From an uncultured Trueperaceae bacterium (GTDB taxonomy: Bacteria; Deinococcota; Deinococci; Deinococcales; Trueperaceae), in NCBI GenBank assembly GCA_963815215.1, contig CAWFFU010000010.1:224001-288000 (forward strand): 64,000 nt of DNA, given 5' to 3'. Each line of letters opens with the position of its first letter. Within the stretch, counting starts at the first letter, position 1. Positions 60,981 through 64,000 of the stretch are shown one piece after another. The notes under the pieces were generated by a model that saw only the letters and a list, made by a program, of their open reading frames with translations, ran no database searches and was not told the DNA's origin. A program made the position numbers and the translations under genes.

Positions 60981-63476
60981 GTGGCACTGTCGCTGATGGT
61001 CGGGCCGCCCGGATCAGGTCGCACCCACGCCATGCTGACGCGCGCCCGCGAAGCCTGCGCGGCGGGGCGTCGCGTGTGGTGGGTGGGCCTGCCGGCGCAG
61101 CGCAGCAGCGTGGTACGGCGGGCTACCGTGGAGGGCGGCGTCCCCGCCGATCCGACCGCTCCCGGCGCCGCCACGGCTCCGGGCACGGCTCTCACGATCG
61201 GCACCGCACTCCTCGGCCTCGAGTTCCTGACTCTGCAACAGGTCTACTACCGCATGCTGGCGCGCGCCCGCGAGCTCCACCCGCTGGTCATCGGCAGCGG
61301 CCGCCTGGTGCTGGTCGGCGAGGCGCTGGCGGAGGTCGCCGGTGCTGTGCCGGCACCGGGTGAGGCGCGGCTGTTCGCACAGGCCATCGCCGAGGCCAAG
61401 CGTTACGACGTGGGCCCGGACGGCGTCGGCGCGGATGGCGCCGGACCGGATGGCGCCGGACCGGCTGGCACCGGACCCGACGATCGCGACGACCCCGAGC
61501 GCCGGCGCCTGGCACGCGTGTTCTCCGCCTACGAGCGCCGCAAGGAGGCCGCCGGCGATGCCTGGGATTACGACGACTTCCGGGCGGCCGCCCGGCGGCT
61601 GGCCGAGACCACGCCCGAGGCCTGCGAGGCGGACGTCGTCATCGTCGATGGCTTCCGCGAACTGGGTCCTTTGGAGTTGCGGCTGTTCCGGGCGCTGGGG
61701 CGGCGGCGCGAGGTGCACCTCACGCTGCCCGCGGTGCCCGAGGGGCTGGCGTGGCCGGACGTCAGGCGCAGCGCCGGCGCCCCGCCGCGCAGCGTCGAGC
61801 GCTACCGCGCTCCGAATCCTGTGGCCGAAGCGCGCTGGGTGCTGCGCTCGCTCAAGCGCGATCTCGCCACGGGCGGCTACGACCCGCTCGACCTGGCGCT
61901 CGTCGCGCCGCCCGAGCGCGTGCGGGCGCTCGACGCGCTCGCCGACGAGTACGGCGTTCCCCTGATCGACGAGAGCCCGCGCTCGCTGGCCGAGTCGCCG
62001 GCCGGGCGGGTGCTGGTGGAGCTGCTCGAGCTCCCCGATCACCCCACGCCCTCGGCCCTGCTGGCGGTGCCCGAGCTCGCGGAGCTCGCCGACGCCGCCC
62101 TCGACGCCGGCGTGGCGGGCGCCGATGCCATCCAGGTGCTGGCGGAGCGGCTCGGCGTGCGCGAGCGCTACCGGTCCTGGCTGGCCGCGCTCGAGGTGGG
62201 GAGCGAGCCCCTGGCGTGGGCGAGACGGATGCTCGACGAGGTGTTGCCGTCGCTGCTGGTGCGGGCGCCGGCGGCGGCGGAGGGGTTGCCGGAGGCCTTC
62301 CGCGACGCCGCGCTGCGCGCGGCCCAGGAGGCCTCCCAGCTCGCCGCGGGCGCGGGCTTCCGGGCCTGGTGGGCGGCGCTGCTGCGCCAGGGGCGCCTGC
62401 CCCGGGAGCTGCCCGGCGGGGTGGCGTTGCTCACGCCGACGCTCGCCAGCGGCCGCCACTTCCGCAAGGCCTACCTGCTGGGGGCGGTCGAGGGCGCCTA
62501 CGGCGCCGGCGAGCGCGAGGACTACTTCATCCCCGAGGACGATCGCGCCACGCCGGAGGCGAGCAACGCGCACCTGGGGCTGCCCCAGCGCTTCCAGGGG
62601 CGTGACGCCGAGGCGCTCGAGGAGCTCCTGGCGCGCGCCGACGTGCTGGTGGTGACCGCCCCCGAGGCCGACCAGGGCGGACCGCTGGTGGCCGAGCCGG
62701 CGCTGACGGGCGGCCCGGCCGAGCCGCTCCCGCCGGTGCCCGCCGGGAGCTTGCTCGAGCTCCCGGCCGAGGCCCGTTACCGTGCCGAGCTCGGCACGGT
62801 GGAGCTGGGCGAGGCCAGCATCGAGGCGCTGCGCCGCTTCGACAGCTGCAGCCTGCGCTATTGGGGCGAGCGCCGCTTGGAGGACCGCGAGCGGGCGGAC
62901 CGACCCTGGTGGGAGGGGCTGCGCAGTGACCTGCGCCGCGAGCGGGCGCTCACGCCCGAACGTCGCGCCGCTCTGGCGGCGGCCTACCCGGAAGCCGCGG
63001 AGTGGCTGGAGCGTCGTGGCGACGCGCTTTCGGCCCTCACCTACGGCGTGCTGCTCCCGCAGGCGGGGAGCGCCACGGACGGCGCGGTCGTCCACGCTCG
63101 CCTCGACGCTGCCGTGCGCCAGGGCGGGCGCGCAACGCTGGTGCGCTTCGTGGCGCCCGACGCCGTGGCGGACGCAGTCGAAGCCGAGCACGTCATCAAG
63201 GAGCGCTGGACCGAGCTGTGGGCGGCGGGCCACCTGCTGGAGGGCTACCGCGGCCGCTTCAAGCGCGTCGACGTACAGGTGTGGCCCATCCTGGGCGACC
63301 CCATCGACGTCTACGAGGGCGGTATCCGTTACCGCTGGCGGCAGATCGATATGCGTGAGCGGCGTGCCGCGGCGGCCCTGGAGCGCTTCGGACGGGGCGC
63401 CGTGGGACCCCGACCGGGCTTCCACTGCCGCACCTGCCCCATCCTCGACGTCTGCCGGGAGGGCGAGGCGCCGTGA
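60981..63476 (+). CDS. AddB-like helicase/nuclease subunit
   Basis: Degenerate P-loop GPPGSGRT, IVDGF; C-terminal Cys staple (DSC...CRTCPILDVC); GTGA overlap with UvrD-like gene. Confidence 0.78.
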   Translation: MALSLMVGPPGSGRTHAMLTRAREACAAGRRVWWVGLPAQRSSVVRRATVEGGVPADPTAPGAATAPGTALTIGTALLGLEFLTLQQVYYRMLARARELHPLVIGSGRLVLVGEALAEVAGAVPAPGEARLFAQAIAEAKRYDVGPDGVGADGAGPDGAGPAGTGPDDRDDPERRRLARVFSAYERRKEAAGDAWDYDDFRAAARRLAETTPEACEADVVIVDGFRELGPLELRLFRALGRRREVHLTLPAVPEGLAWPDVRRSAGAPPRSVERYRAPNPVAEARWVLRSLKRDLATGGYDPLDLALVAPPERVRALDALADEYGVPLIDESPRSLAESPAGRVLVELLELPDHPTPSALLAVPELAELADAALDAGVAGADAIQVLAERLGVRERYRSWLAALEVGSEPLAWARRMLDEVLPSLLVRAPAAAEGLPEAFRDAALRAAQEASQLAAGAGFRAWWAALLRQGRLPRELPGGVALLTPTLASGRHFRKAYLLGAVEGAYGAGEREDYFIPEDDRATPEASNAHLGLPQRFQGRDAEALEELLARADVLVVTAPEADQGGPLVAEPALTGGPAEPLPPVPAGSLLELPAEARYRAELGTVELGEASIEALRRFDSCSLRYWGERRLEDRERADRPWWEGLRSDLRRERALTPERRAALAAAYPEAAEWLERRGDALSALTYGVLLPQAGSATDGAVVHARLDAAVRQGGRATLVRFVAPDAVADAVEAEHVIKERWTELWAAGHLLEGYRGRFKRVDVQVWPILGDPIDVYEGGIRYRWRQIDMRERRAAAALERFGRGAVGPRPGFHCRTCPILDVCREGEAP

Positions 63477-64000
63477 GGGTCCGGGTCGCGTCGGCGGGCA
63501 CCGGCAAGACCACCAGCCTGGTGCTGCGCTACCTGCAGCTCGTCGATGGCGGCCGCCCGCTGCGGCGCATCGCCGGCGTCACCTTCACCCGGGCGGCTGC
63601 CGACGAGCTGCGGCAACGCGTCGGCGCCGGCATCGAAGAGGTGCTGACCGACGGCGGCTACCTGGGTTCGGCGTTCCGGCCGGCGGGCGAGCCGGCGGCC
63701 TTCCGGCGGGCCCGGCGCGAGCTCGGCGGCGCCGTGCTCAGCACCATCCACGGCTTCATGATCGCCACCTTGCGGCTGTCGGCGCCGGTGCTCGGGCTCG
63801 ATCCGGACTTCGGCGTGCTGGGTGAGTGGGAGGCCGCCGCCATGTTCGAGGAGGAGGTCCGCGGCCTTCAGCTCCTCGCCGCCGACCCCGGCCACCCGCG
63901 GCACGCCGACGCCGCGCTGCTGGGCGAGCGGGCGGGCGAGCTGATGATGGCGCTGTTCGGCAAGCGCTCGCTGGCCCCTGAGCTCGAGCCCGGCGGCGCG
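63473..64000 (+). CDS. AddA/UvrD-like helicase, 5' part (runs off the window)
   Basis: Read directly from the sequence: GTG RVRVASAGTGKTTSL, GVTFTRAAADELRQR, STIHGF. Confidence 0.85.
   Translation, partial: MRVRVASAGTGKTTSLVLRYLQLVDGGRPLRRIAGVTFTRAAADELRQRVGAGIEEVLTDGGYLGSAFRPAGEPAAFRRARRELGGAVLSTIHGFMIATLRLSAPVLGLDPDFGVLGEWEAAAMFEEEVRGLQLLAADPGHPRHADAALLGERAGELMMALFGKRSLAPELEPGGA

Overview
Very GC-rich, gene-dense bacterial chromosome segment, most likely Deinococcota (Truepera-like, an inference). The evidence is the SigA C-terminus [18 protein letters not shown]-like operators at dnaK and many apparently leaderless genes. There are about 53 CDSs, mostly housekeeping or metabolic: an SbcD/SbcC(YhaN)-like nuclease-ATPase pair, P-type ATPase, pepA, selU-selD, gnd, sigA, a sugar ABC-GH42-galT-galK cluster, lexA/crp, ade-guaD-DUF62, dnaK-grpE-dnaJ, MFS/TetR and addB-addA (truncated at the window end). 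I saw no rRNA, tRNA, CRISPR array or mobile element. The most interesting signal is a candidate SARP-type regulon. A large wHTH-BTAD-NTPase-TPR regulator lies near two promoters, one for a 66-aa microprotein and one for a beta-rich surface lipoprotein 4 kb away. Both carry the same CTAGACG heptamer repeated with an 11-bp period and ending exactly 9 nt upstream of a CATnnT -10-like hexamer. Other leads are a candidate LexA operator, a perfect TetR-like palindrome, a candidate sRNA with C/U-rich loops, and recurrent 15-bp tandem repeats. All calls come from reading the sequence; no searches were run, and many start codons were re-chosen from RBS or -10 evidence.
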